Position numbers and translations under genes: made by a program | Shown: positions 13,722 through 24,400 of the stretch, piece after piece | Numbering within the stretch: position 1 is the stretch's first letter | Layout of the letters: each line of letters opens with the position of its first letter | Source of the DNA: Camelus ferus | Lineage: Eukaryota | Assembly: GCF_009834535.1 (NCBI RefSeq) | Contig: NC_045698.1 | Span: forward strand, 4,280,001 to 4,344,000 | Direction: 5' to 3' | DNA: 64,000 nt | The notes under the pieces: model-generated | The model's database searches: none | What the model saw: only the letters and a program-made list of their open reading frames with translations | What the model was told of the DNA's origin: nothing

Positions 13722-13840
13722 ATATCATACCCAAAGAGAGTGCACAAAACAAAACAAACAACTTAGCAAAATATCACAAATTAAACACCAGTGTAACCAC
13801 CAACTGGGTCAAGAAACGGTCAGCACTTCAGGATCCCCCA
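13722..13840 (-). mobile_element. L1ME-type 3' UTR fragment
   Basis: gagtgcacaaa...atcacaaattaaacaccagtgtaaccaccaactgggtcaagaaa matches the antisense of an old L1ME 3' end. Confidence 0.55.
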
Positions 13841-14589
13841 GGATGATGAAAGCTAGTTCATCCCCTGAGCTGAGCAGCCATCGGCAAGCTTCCAGGAGCG
13901 TGAGAAGTGGAGCCTCCAGGTCACCGAGATTTGATGGGGAGGGACGGTAAAGTCAGACAAGGCTTCCTGTCAAACAAAGCCATCTTTTAAGTGAAGTTTC
14001 TTTCTGCAATTTAAGGCCTTGTGTTTCTGATGTCTTGTTTTGAGAAATAAATGGCTCTTAGAAGCATGGTAACCAAGGGGCAGAACTTCCTTGGAAACAC
14101 GTTGAAAATACCTTTTCCAGCATTCCGTCCAAGAAAATTATCAGAGATACAGACAAACATTTATGTACAAAGTTGATCAAAATGAGACTGCTTCTAAAAG
14201 GAAGACATTAGAAAAGCTTTGGAAGTATAACCCTGGGTGTGAAGCTTTGCAGCTTATCCTCAGGATGGATGTCACACAGCCATTGTGTTCCCAGTCAGTG
14301 CTGAGCAACACGACAAAGGGCCGTAATGAGGTGTTAAGTGGGAAAATGGATTTAAAAATTCACATGAAATGGTATCACTTGTACTTTGCAGAGGTATAAT
14401 AAGGCATTTAGGGGGAAATAAAGGATATCAAGATGTAATGATTTTTTTGTGATGGGTAAATGGTGTTTATATTCTTTTATGTTTTCCAAGTCCTCAGTAA
14501 TAAGTGTTTATAATTTTATCACCAAGAAAATGTTCTTCCTAGAAGGCTCTGTGCATTCATGAAATATTCCACGGGAGGAGAAGAAACCA

Positions 14590-14760
14590 CCACTCTGGAT
14601 CCTGTCTCTGTAGACCTGGGTTCAAATCCAGCTCAACCCCTCACCGGAGCGTCTGGGCCACACACTTGCCTGCTGCGTGATCAGCGCTAAAGGAGGGAGG
14701 CAGTCACGCCACCTCACAGGGTGCCGAGGAGGGCACAGAATGATGCACATGAAAGCAAGA
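14590..14760 (+). mobile_element. MIR SINE fragment
   Basis: agacctgggttcaaatcc...cacctcacagggtgccgaggagg...gaatgatgcacatgaaagc. Confidence 0.65.
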
Positions 14761-15613
14761 GGGAAGTGGGGGCAGCCAGCTGCTCCCTGAATACGAGGGA
14801 GTTGCGTTAACAGAGATGAATGTGTCTGTTTTTCAGGGAGACCCTGACAGTGGCATCAAATCAATAATTCTAAACACATGACATATTACTGAACGTGCTC
14901 CAAGGAAGGAGAAGAGTCACGTCTCAGCCACCCCGAGGCTCGCCCGTGGCCTTGGCGTCTGGGAGCCCTAACCCCTCTGTGCCCATCACCTCAAGAAGTG
15001 ACTTCCTGCGAGCCTTCTGACTCCCAGGTGTAGATGTGCCCTGGTGTGGTGAGATGCCACTTTGCTTGTAAGATGATGGGGTCTGGATTTAATTGGCAGG
15101 TATCACTGAGTGTTTGTGTTCAGCCACTTCTAGATATATGTCTGCACTAAGTGTGAATGAAGAAACAAGTACACACATGGTTCCACTGATAATGCTTTGG
15201 GGGAGAGGTGGCCCACTCACTGCTGACTGCTGGGGAGCCAGCCACAAGCTGGTGGGAAGCCTGGAGAGAGAGGAATGGGTGGGGAGACAGGGAGCCAGGG
15301 GCCAGAGAGGTTTCTGCACCAGCCTTGGCAGCCTCCTCCCCACGGTGCTTCCAACTCAGGCTACAAGCATCGTCCCTGCAGACACACACCTGCTCGGCCC
15401 ACCAGCCTTGCTCAAATGCTCCATGTCCCTTGCCAAGGAACTCCTCATTCTAAAGACCACAACTGCGCCCACCACCGTCAGTGGTCACAGGGTGAGACGG
15501 GCGGTTTCTCAGGCTGCAGGGCCTCTTTTCCCCAGGTTCCTGACGCACTGCATCAGGGGCTTAGCCTCCCCCACGATGAGCCTCACTGCCTGCAGGGGGC
15601 AATGCTACTGCTG

Positions 15614-15689
15614 GGAGAGCGCTGAGCGTGGGACCTCTGTGGAGGTCGGAGAGGGCTGCGCGTGGGACCTCTGTGGAGGTCGGAGAGCG
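15614..15689. repeat. 34-bp tandem duplication (about 2.2 copies)
   Basis: gagag(c/g)gctg(a/c)gcgtgggacctctgtggaggtcg at 15615 and 15649, with a partial third copy at 15683. Confidence 0.95.
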
Positions 15690-15974
15690 ACCTGGCCCTC
15701 ACACCTGAAGGATGATGCCAGGCCCTCAGAAGGCCGGGGGAGAGCCTGCACCAAGTATGAAAGGCCTGGGCGTGACGGGAGGATGCGGGCTGTGGAGGGA
15801 CCGGGCTGGGCCCTCGTGGATGCTGACTTGGGCTCATTCACGCACGGGTAGCCTCACTCTGCCCCAGGGCTGGGGGAAGCTCTGCCCCACTGCTCCATGA
15901 CTGGCCTCTCCCTGTGCCCCAGTTTCCTCACTCGACACTCAACAAGCAGCATCCCCAGCTGGGATCTCAGCACC

Positions 15975-16460
15975 AGAACGTGGCTGGGACCAAGGCAGAC
16001 AGGTCCCTGCCTCTACAGAGCTGACATGATCGAGGACAGGGGAGAGGACAAGCAGTAAACAAATAAACACGAGTATGAGCCAGATAGCACCAGCTGAAGC
16101 CGTCAAGGCCACACACAGGTGACAGGACCAGGACAGGGCGCAGGATGGAGGCAAACGGGGATGCGGGAAGTGGGCAGGGTACCACTCAGAAGTCTGAGTG
16201 GTCCAGTAGAGCCCTGCAGAGATGAGGCAGGGCAGAGAATATTCCAGTCAGAAAGGCTTGTTCCAGGAATAAGAAGAAGGTCAGGACGACGTGAGATGAA
16301 AGGGCTAAGGTGGGGCTTGCAGCAGGAATGGGAGGTACCAGCCAGCCATCAGGGGAGAAGGGTCCAGACCATGTGAGGGCCCAAGGCCACAGCCAGGAGT
16401 CCGGTCAGTCTCAAGGCGTGGGGATGCTGACCTGATTGAGGTAGTGTGGAGACCAGGCCA
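15975..16460 (-). mobile_element. L2 LINE fragment
   Basis: aaggcagacaggtccctgcctctacagagctgacat...gacaagcagtaaacaaataaac..., typical of antisense L2. Confidence 0.65.
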
Positions 16461-16837
16461 CAGAGGGGAGGAGGCAGGAGATTGATGAACACAACGATAA
16501 AACCTGAACCATGATGGAGATGTGGACACTAAACTTGAAACCATGAAGCGCCAAGGGAAGCCTGTCCCCTCAGCCTCGGGACGCTTTTCTCCTCTGACTC
16601 TGTGCCTGTCCTCCCTCCAGCCACCAGCCCTCCGGCCTCATGCCACCCTGGTCATTCTCTGAACACAGTTAGCACGTTTTCCTGATGTCCGTTTGTGTGT
16701 GCTTCTCCTGCCCTCACCTCTTCTCCACTGCTTTTCATCTTTGGGACCTGAGATCGAGTCCTCTGCTGCTCAAAAAGGCTGCCTGTGTCTTTGTCAGTCA
16801 TTCCCAGCACTGGCACCTGATGTGTGAGCTCCCGTGA

Positions 16838-17260
16838 GTGTAGTAACGAAGGACCACGATGTGACTGGGTGCTCTAATCAACGTAAATCCGCTCACGTGG
16901 TTGTGGAGACCAGAAGTCCAAGAGCCAGGTGTCAGCAGGATGCCTTCTGGAGGAGGAGGAAGGATCCGTTCTAGGGCTCTCTCCCAGCTGCTGGTGGCGG
17001 CCCCCCACATTCCTCGACTTGTAGGTTAATGACACCCTCTCTGCCTCCTCCTCCACATGGCCTTCCCCTCTCTGTGTCTTCTGTCTCTTATAAAGACACT
17101 GTCATTGGGTTTAGGGTCCCCTCTAACCCAGAGGATCTCATTTTGGGATCCTTATCTTAATTACACCTGAAGAGACCTTTATTCCAAATAAGGTCATATT
17201 CTGAGGTTCCAGTTGGCCATGAATTCGGGGGTGGGGGGGACACCATTCAACTCCCTGTAC
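16838..17260 (-). mobile_element. MLT1C-like solo LTR
   Basis: gaagtccaagagccaggtgtcagcagg...tcttataaagacactgtcattgggtttaggg...aaataaggtcatattctgaggttcc. Confidence 0.8.
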
Positions 17261-18697
17261 CCAAGTAGCATCAATGCTTCAAAGGGAGGCAGGGAAATAC
17301 TGGCTGTTGAGATCCCCAGAAGTGGACCCAAGACCATTCCACTGCCTGCTCACCCTGTCTACACTGACCTCCAGCACCTCCCAACCAGCCCTTGACCACT
17401 GGCCTACATTGATCTTGATTCTGCTCCTACATTCCTCCAGTGCAGCAGGCAGGCCAGTTGCCCCAGCTCTGACCTCATCCCATCCCAGACAGACAGCTTA
17501 GTGGTTCCACAAGAACATTCTAGCTAACCCTTCCCCTTTTGATCCAGGCTTCCAGAGCCCCCATGCATACTGTTCCTCCAAAGGCAGAATCCAGGCCCTG
17601 TATTTGCTCCAGACTCCATGGCCTGGGACAGGAGGAGAGCTGAAGCCAGTGAGCTAAGAGGGTAGAGCATGGAGACAGGAAAGACCCTGCTTCCTGTGCA
17701 GGGCTGCTTGCTCCTCCTTTGTTTAACCTTCTTCTTTCCTGCCACACGGGCTGAGCAGCATCTGCCTCCAGCTTGCACTGGCTTGAATCTTCAAAATGCA
17801 TTTACTGAAAACTCATTGCCACAGTTGATTTCACACTGAGTGAAATTGCACTGTAACTCTGTCTCCTCTCCTGCCAAACTGGGAATTATACAGCTTCCCT
17901 AATTAAAGAATTTTACTCCATAAAGTTCTCATTTATAACTTTTCTAGAGTCCTTTGGCATTAACCCTAAGCACAATGTTAGAATCCAATTATTCAATGTC
18001 AAAATATTAGAGTAATAATGAAGTTTGGAAACCTTTGTTGACCCAAGGATGCATTCCCTCTCAGTCCTAAGTGTAATTATTTCTCCTGGACCCACTCCTG
18101 CAAGGTGGGAGGCGGTTCCCAGGTGTTAAAATAAGCGATTTTAATGCTGAAGCCTCAAGAACATCCCTTGGTTCAAGGAGCTCATGCTTCAGGGAGCCAA
18201 ATGGATCGATGTGGCTCAGCGCCAGAGTCCTGAATCCTCACTGCTCCCTTAGAAGCAAATCCAATCTCCAACAATAATGCTGACACATGAGCCTCAGAAT
18301 CAAATCCCAGGAAAGCTTCCAGACAGCCTTTCTGGCTGCCACTTCCATGCAAGGAAGTCCATCCTCTGAGGCTGACTTCGGCCTGGCTTCTCAGGCAGCA
18401 CACATTTAATTTTCCCAACTGTTTCTTAAGAAGGATTTCTAAAATAGAATTCTTTTCTACTACTGCTTTGATTCATTATGCACAAATAATGATGTGTGAC
18501 AATGTTTAGAAATTAGTTGATGCAATGTGAGAATCAGGCTAATCATATTAGGGAAAAATGTTTCTGGAGTCTATGATGAGACAGACTCAATGCCACATGT
18601 TGAAAGAAAATGTTGAATAAAATTGTTATTTCAGGCTAAAAGGGAGCTTGCACTTACAAAGAAGGTGGCTAGGCTGTTCCCTGCACCTTTCAAACTA

Positions 18698-18896
18698 CAA
18701 TCAACCCTCTGTATCCACAGATTTTGCACCCATGGATTCGATTGGTTGAATCCACAGATAAAAAACCTGCGGATATGGAGGGCCAACTGTATTCACTGTA
18801 CTATACCTTTTTATACAAGGGACTTAAGCATCTACATATTTTGGTATCTTTGGGAGCTCCTAGAATCAATCTCCCATGGACATCTAGGTATGACTG
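18698..18896. mobile_element. Tigger3/MER7-family MITE (TcMar-Tigger)
   Basis: caatcaaccctctgtatcc...cctgcggatatggagggccaactgta...ggtatgactg, flanked by TA on both sides (18696-97 and 18897-98). Confidence 0.8.
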
Positions 18897-19548
18897 TATT
18901 TGCAGCTGAATTAAAATTTTATCTTTTGAACACTTTGCATTAGACTCTTTTAAAAAGGAAAGTGTATATAGAAAAACATTTTGATATGGAGGAAATGTAA
19001 GATTTGGAGGACAAAAGCCTTTAGGAGATGCAGCAGACAAGAGCAGGAAGTTGGGGGCTAGTGCAAGAGATGAGTGGAAGAAAGAAGGAAGGGTGAAGAC
19101 TGGAGGCATAGCAGGATGATGGGGAATGAGAAAGTGGGGAGAAGCTTTGTGAATAGAACCATCTAAAATTAAGTTTGCATTGACACAATATTAACGCTAT
19201 CATTTTTTTTAAAGCTTCCATAAAGTCTTCTACTTATTCAAATGCTTGAGTAAATGATGAATTCCACGTCCAGATCAAAGCCATGCCAATCAAGGATCTC
19301 ACACACCCACTAGTAAGATATAATAATTGATTATATATAAGATATAATAATAATAACACTCAAATAATTCAATACAAGAAGCCCAAAGGCAACCCTGGCA
19401 ATTCACCAACATTTTGGTGACAGCACCATACTTTCAAGAGGGTGAAATACGAGGGTAAAGTAAGCATTATACATTCAAGAGGGTGATTTAAGCAGTTCAG
19501 TCCTTGACTTGATGGAGGCAAAGTTATCCTAGCAGAAATGTGGGTAAA

Positions 19549-19833
19549 ATGGTGATGATGGTGGTTATGATGACCATGATTTTGACAATGATAATGAAGG
19601 ACATGATGGTGATGGTGATGATGATACTGTTGGTGACGGTGATGATCACCGTCATGACTTTGACAGTGGTGATACAATGATGGACATGATGGGGATGCCA
19701 ATAGTGGTGGTGATGATGATAAGCACGGAGATGGTAACAATGGGTGATGATGGTGATGATGACATTGTTGGTGATAGTGATGACGACAGTGATGAGGAAC
19801 ATGATGGTAGTGGTGGTGAAGACGGTGATGATT
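19549..19833. repeat. Degenerate (GAT/GGT)n trinucleotide repeat
   Basis: About 285 bp of imperfect gatgatggt units. Confidence 0.95.
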
Positions 19834-20025
19834 ACAGCTACCACCTTTGAGTGCTTATTGCATGTTAGATCCATGATAGCTTAAGTTATTGAATTTAATA
19901 GTCACACTATATAAACTTGGTCTGTTGCTTCTGCCATTTTGTAGATGAAATGATAATAGGTTTGTCATCTAACTAGAAAGGGACAGAGAAGATATTCAAA
20001 GCCAGACTGACCTTGACTCTGGAGA
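19834..20025 (-). mobile_element. MIR SINE
   Basis: cagctaccacctttgagtgcttattgcatgttag...ccattttgtagatgaaa...attcaaagccagactg...tgactctggag. Confidence 0.7.
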
Positions 20026-20919
20026 ATTTTCAGTCTTTCTGAAACAACAAGAAGTCGGTCCACAGTGGGAATGTACCTTGGAAGTAAGTCACTGGGCGAG
20101 TCCTGGGCTTCTGATGTGAGGCCGGTTACCTGAAGAAAGAGACTGGAGCAGGAACCCTACACCTGTTAAGGCCGTACCTAGTGTAAGCGCTGTGTAGGTG
20201 CACACCGTTTACTGCCTATGGGAGACTACTGCCTTAGAGGCAGAACAAGAGAAAATGGTCTAGAAGAAGAGGGAGAGGTGGCAAGTGGAGAGGTACTCCG
20301 GAGCTGTTTGTACCTAAATGGGAGAAGCTGAAGAGAAGGCAGAAAACTGCCACAGCACATCCACAGGGGTCCTGCAGCCTTCGCCTCCCCTCACTCAGAG
20401 TCCCCGCCCTCCTACCTTCTACCCTTCCACCTCCAGAGTCTGCAGCGTTCAGTAACCTAGTGCACTACTGGGGCACCAACCGCAGCAGGGGGCAGACTAA
20501 GCACAGGGTGCCTACTTGTGTTTGGATTTCACAAGGACAATAAATACCTTTTGGTAGAGTTGTGTCCCATGCAGTATTTGGGAAATCCACGTTTAACTGG
20601 GCATCCTCATATTCTTCTGCTAAATCTGGCGACCCTATTCTTTACCATAACCAACGTCTTTCTATTGTGCCACTTCCCTCTACTGCTCATTAATCCAGGA
20701 GATGGAAGAGGAGAAAATTCACTGTGTTTTCCCACAAATTCAGACTCTCGAACACTGGGACTGGAGATGAAGGGCAGGACAGATTGGATTGTCTGCCTAA
20801 TTTTTGTGTGGTCGGGGCCAATGTAAGATGCCTGTGAGAGGTTCTTATTTAAGACTGCCACGTGTGTGTGGAGGCAGTGGGGATGGGGGTTGAACTTATC
20901 TTGGAAAATCATTCGCCGC

Positions 20920-21043
20920 TCACTCATTCACTCGTTCACTCAACAGCTGTTGGGCGCGCTCTCTGTGCCAGACAGCCCGCTAGGCTCGGGCTGCCTTGAA
21001 AGTGACAACAAATATGTTCTCTCCCTCCGTGGAGGTCACACAC
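20920..21043 (-). mobile_element. L2 3' end fragment
   Basis: cattcactcgttcactcaacagctgttgggcgcgctctctgtgccagacag...ctaggc. Confidence 0.65.
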
Positions 21044-21472
21044 TGTTAAGGGCTGAGCTGCATCCCCTAAAAACGTGTGTGCTGGAGTCCTAAAGCCCCA
21101 GTACCTGGGAACGTGCCCTCATCCGGAAACGGGGTCTTTGCGAGGAAGTCAGCTTAAAGTGACCCCTTCACTTTGGGCCCTAATTCAACATGACTGCTGT
21201 CCTTGCAGAAAGGGGAAATCTGGACACAGAGACAGGCAAGCACGATGGAAGACGGCGCGAAGCATCTACCAGCCAAGGACCACCTGGGGCTGCTAGCAGC
21301 TCGGGGAGAGGCCTGGGAAAGTGCCATCAGCAGCACCTCCAGGGGGAGTGTGGCTCTGCTGACATCGTGATCTCAGACTCCTGGCCACCATATCAGGAGA
21401 CAGTAAACTGCTGCTGTTCTAAGCCACCCAGTTTGTGGCACTGTGTTACAGCAGCCCTAGGAACTTAAAACA
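21044..21472 (+). mobile_element. MLT1B/C-like solo LTR inserted in L2
   Basis: Runs from tgttaagggctgagctgcatccccta to taagccacccagtttgtggcactgtgttacagcagccctaggaacttaaaaca. TSD cacac/cacat. Confidence 0.88.
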
Positions 21473-24400
21473 CACATTGATCAAATAAACCCCAGAGGAA
21501 GGGCGTGTGAAGGACCGTGGAGGTCAATATCAGAGGGTCCTTCCTGGTCAGAAGACAGAGCCATGCGGGCTGGCATGCAGGGGGGGTGGGCTATGACCCA
21601 AGGGGAACAGTGAATGGTCCCCGTGCTTCTGTGAGTGTGGGCCAGCTGCCCCCACTCTCCACCAGGCAATCCAGGGACTTGACACCCAGGGTCAGACTCA
21701 CCCACCAGCAAAATTCTTCCCAGACTCAATCCATTGGAGAATAAGATCTGCAAATACATCACTGATGAGACTAAGGCACCTCCTCAAAACCCCATCAGGA
21801 GGCGTGATGCAAACAGAACTAATAAAGGATGAAATGCAGCCGTGAGCCTGCACTGCATGATGCTGTAGCGGCAGCAGCCCTTGGAGAGGCACAGGAATAT
21901 GTTAGAGTTGGGGGAGTGGAAGCACGCGTTCATGCTCTTCCAGCCCGGTCCAGAAGGACGGGTGCCCCAGGTATAGATGTCCTCTCCCAGCTCTTTTTCT
22001 GGAAATAGCCCCAGTGTTGAAAAGGACACTGTATCTTGCTACTACAGCACATTGGAAACATCCCTTAAGAATACAGACCTCTCTTTGCTCAAATTTTATG
22101 CTCACTAAGCAATCTTCTGAGTTATATTGTGGTGTTCTGACCAGGTGATTTTTCTCCAGGCCCTGAGCCAGGACTATTCTCAGAACCAGCATTCAGGCTG
22201 CAAAGTACAGGGAGGATGGGGGCCAGCCCAGCACTCTGACCCCAGACCGGGCCATGCGAGCCAGAAAAGTGAAGGAGGGGAGAGTTTCCCCCAGAACTCA
22301 GGGCCAGCCAGTCTGGTCGGCAGCCCCTGGGGAGGCTTGGCTGTTCCACCTGGGCATGCGAACAAAGTGTCCCACAGAATCTGAAGGAGGCAGGGCCCTA
22401 GAGAGGGAAGACTGACAGGAGGGAAGGCCACTGTCTTCCATCAGGGATGCGGCCTGGGTTAGCAAGACCCAGAAAGCGATATCAGCCTCCATCAATCCCT
22501 GCAAAACTGCTTCCGGAAGACACGGGCATGCTCCTCCCCACTGCTAAAGCCCCGCCTCCTTTCGTCCCCAGACGTCTCACTCCAACACCATGCTCAGCGC
22601 TGCAGCTCTGCTAGTGTTGTACAACCTCTGAGAACCGGATGAAAGGCAAAACCAGTCTCAGATTACTTTCCTCTGCATGTTTTCTTTTCCTTAAGCCAAG
22701 CTCCACTCATGTTCACAGTAAGTGCACTTGATGCAAAACAGATCGTAAATCAAAACTAATTGAGAATTATCCTGCAAGACTCAGCCAGCAGACTCTAATT
22801 TATTGAAGTTCTTTTCCAATGTCAGATGAGGTGGTTGTGTCCATCAGTAACCTGGTAAGTTTAAAATGTGTGATCATAAACTTGGAAGCTCAGAAGTGGA
22901 TGGTGCTAGCTCGATCACGGACTTCTGTTGAATTTAGGCTCTGTTCGGAGCACTGATGTAACCCACCCCAGCCACCTCTTTCTGCCCCATCTCTACATTC
23001 CCATGAGAGTGAGTCACGACTGGGCTCAGAGGAGCGTACGCATCGACTTCATGGTGCTGAGGAAAAGGGACACTTTGGTCTGTGGCTATTTTCTGTCCTG
23101 CTGGTGACCATGGATGAGGGCCTGCTCCCACGTGTGCCCTCTGCACGGTGGTGGAAGTGCCTACTGATGCTCCCTCGTGGGTGCTCCCACATCCTCTGGT
23201 CCTGAGGCCTCCATGCCCACCCCTGGCCATTCTCCATTAGCACCTGTATCTCTCCTGGGGTGAGGGGTGCGGTTACTGAAGCTTCAGAGACTGCTCTGTG
23301 CACAGTATGAGCCCTTGAATGCTGGTGTGGAGGGAGGTGTCACATCGTCTGTCTCCGCCTAGACCTGCCTGGTCCAGCGGCGGTTGCCCCCCACCCAGGA
23401 CTGCCCTTAGGAGGCAGGGGGGCCTGGTGCTCCCTTCTCCTAGGCCCTCCCAGCTGCCCTCCAGCCCTGGGGGTCCCCACTTCTTCTCTGCGAAGGAGGC
23501 ACTGCTTTTGCACCCTCCACAGCCCTCCTGCAATGTGGGTTAAGGTGCAATCTTTGTGTTCTGTGTCTTCTGAACTTTGCCATTGGACTATGAAGCCGAG
23601 ATTTGGCATTCAAAAGCCAAAATACAACAAATGAATAAACACATAAAATGTGTTCCCTTCTTCATAATCTCTTGCAACCCAGAGCAAGGGCTTTCAAGGC
23701 CATTTTGGAGGCATAGCTGACAAGGTAATCCCGTGTTCTCTCTGGGTCCTCCTGGGTCCTCCTGGGTCCTCTGCTCCTGAGGCAACTAGCCTCACCCTCA
23801 GGATCTCGGTTAACAGCAGGAGAATCACCACATAATTAACGGGAACGTCAAGGATGAAAATGCAACAGGTGAAACTTCCAAATAGTACCTGGAGTTAGAT
23901 GCCTTCTCACCTGCCTGCGTCTGGGGGTGAAGGCCCGTGATGACCCAGAACGAGGAACGGGCTCCGCAAGGTACAGGTTTTATTCTATGGGACAGGGTCC
24001 CATGGGGCAGGTCTGAGCCTGAGACAGACTTGGAATCTGTGCAATCATGTTGTTTGTGAATAAAGACAGCTCAATTTCTTCTTTCTTTCAAAAACGAAAG
24101 TTAGTGTCTTCTCCACCCTCTAACCTCTTTGTTCTCCCAGGATGGGAAACATGCGGGCTCTGAAGATAGTCCCCTAGGAGGCTGGCTGCCTCTGCCTCCC
24201 TCCACCCGTAGGTGGACCCCAGGCCCCGGCAGACACTGCAGACAGCCCTCGGCCTGTGTTTCCCTCTAGCTGTGTCTTCCCTCCCTCTTCCCTCCCACTG
24301 CCCATCCTGTTCCATGCTATTTCCAAAACACCAGCTGCTATGCAGTTAAAAATATTAAGAATGTTTTAAAAAGAGACAGACAGCTGAGTGGACAGTTCAG

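Noticed and set aside
15614..15689. CRISPR-like palindromic repeat
   Set aside because: There are only two adjacent copies with no spacers, in a eukaryotic context with no cas genes.
15093..15851. 252-codon ORF, the longest in the track
   Set aside because: It has a non-ATG start, no recognisable domain and overlapping ORFs in several frames typical of GC-rich non-coding DNA, and it spans a 34-bp tandem duplication.
19369..19874. His-rich and Ile/Thr-rich proteins
   Set aside because: These are translations of a degenerate (CAT/CAC)n repeat.
23742..23772. Short tandem repeats (ctgggtcctc x3; similarly 26791-26832 and 59231-59265)
   Set aside because: These are ordinary slippage duplications with no further structure.
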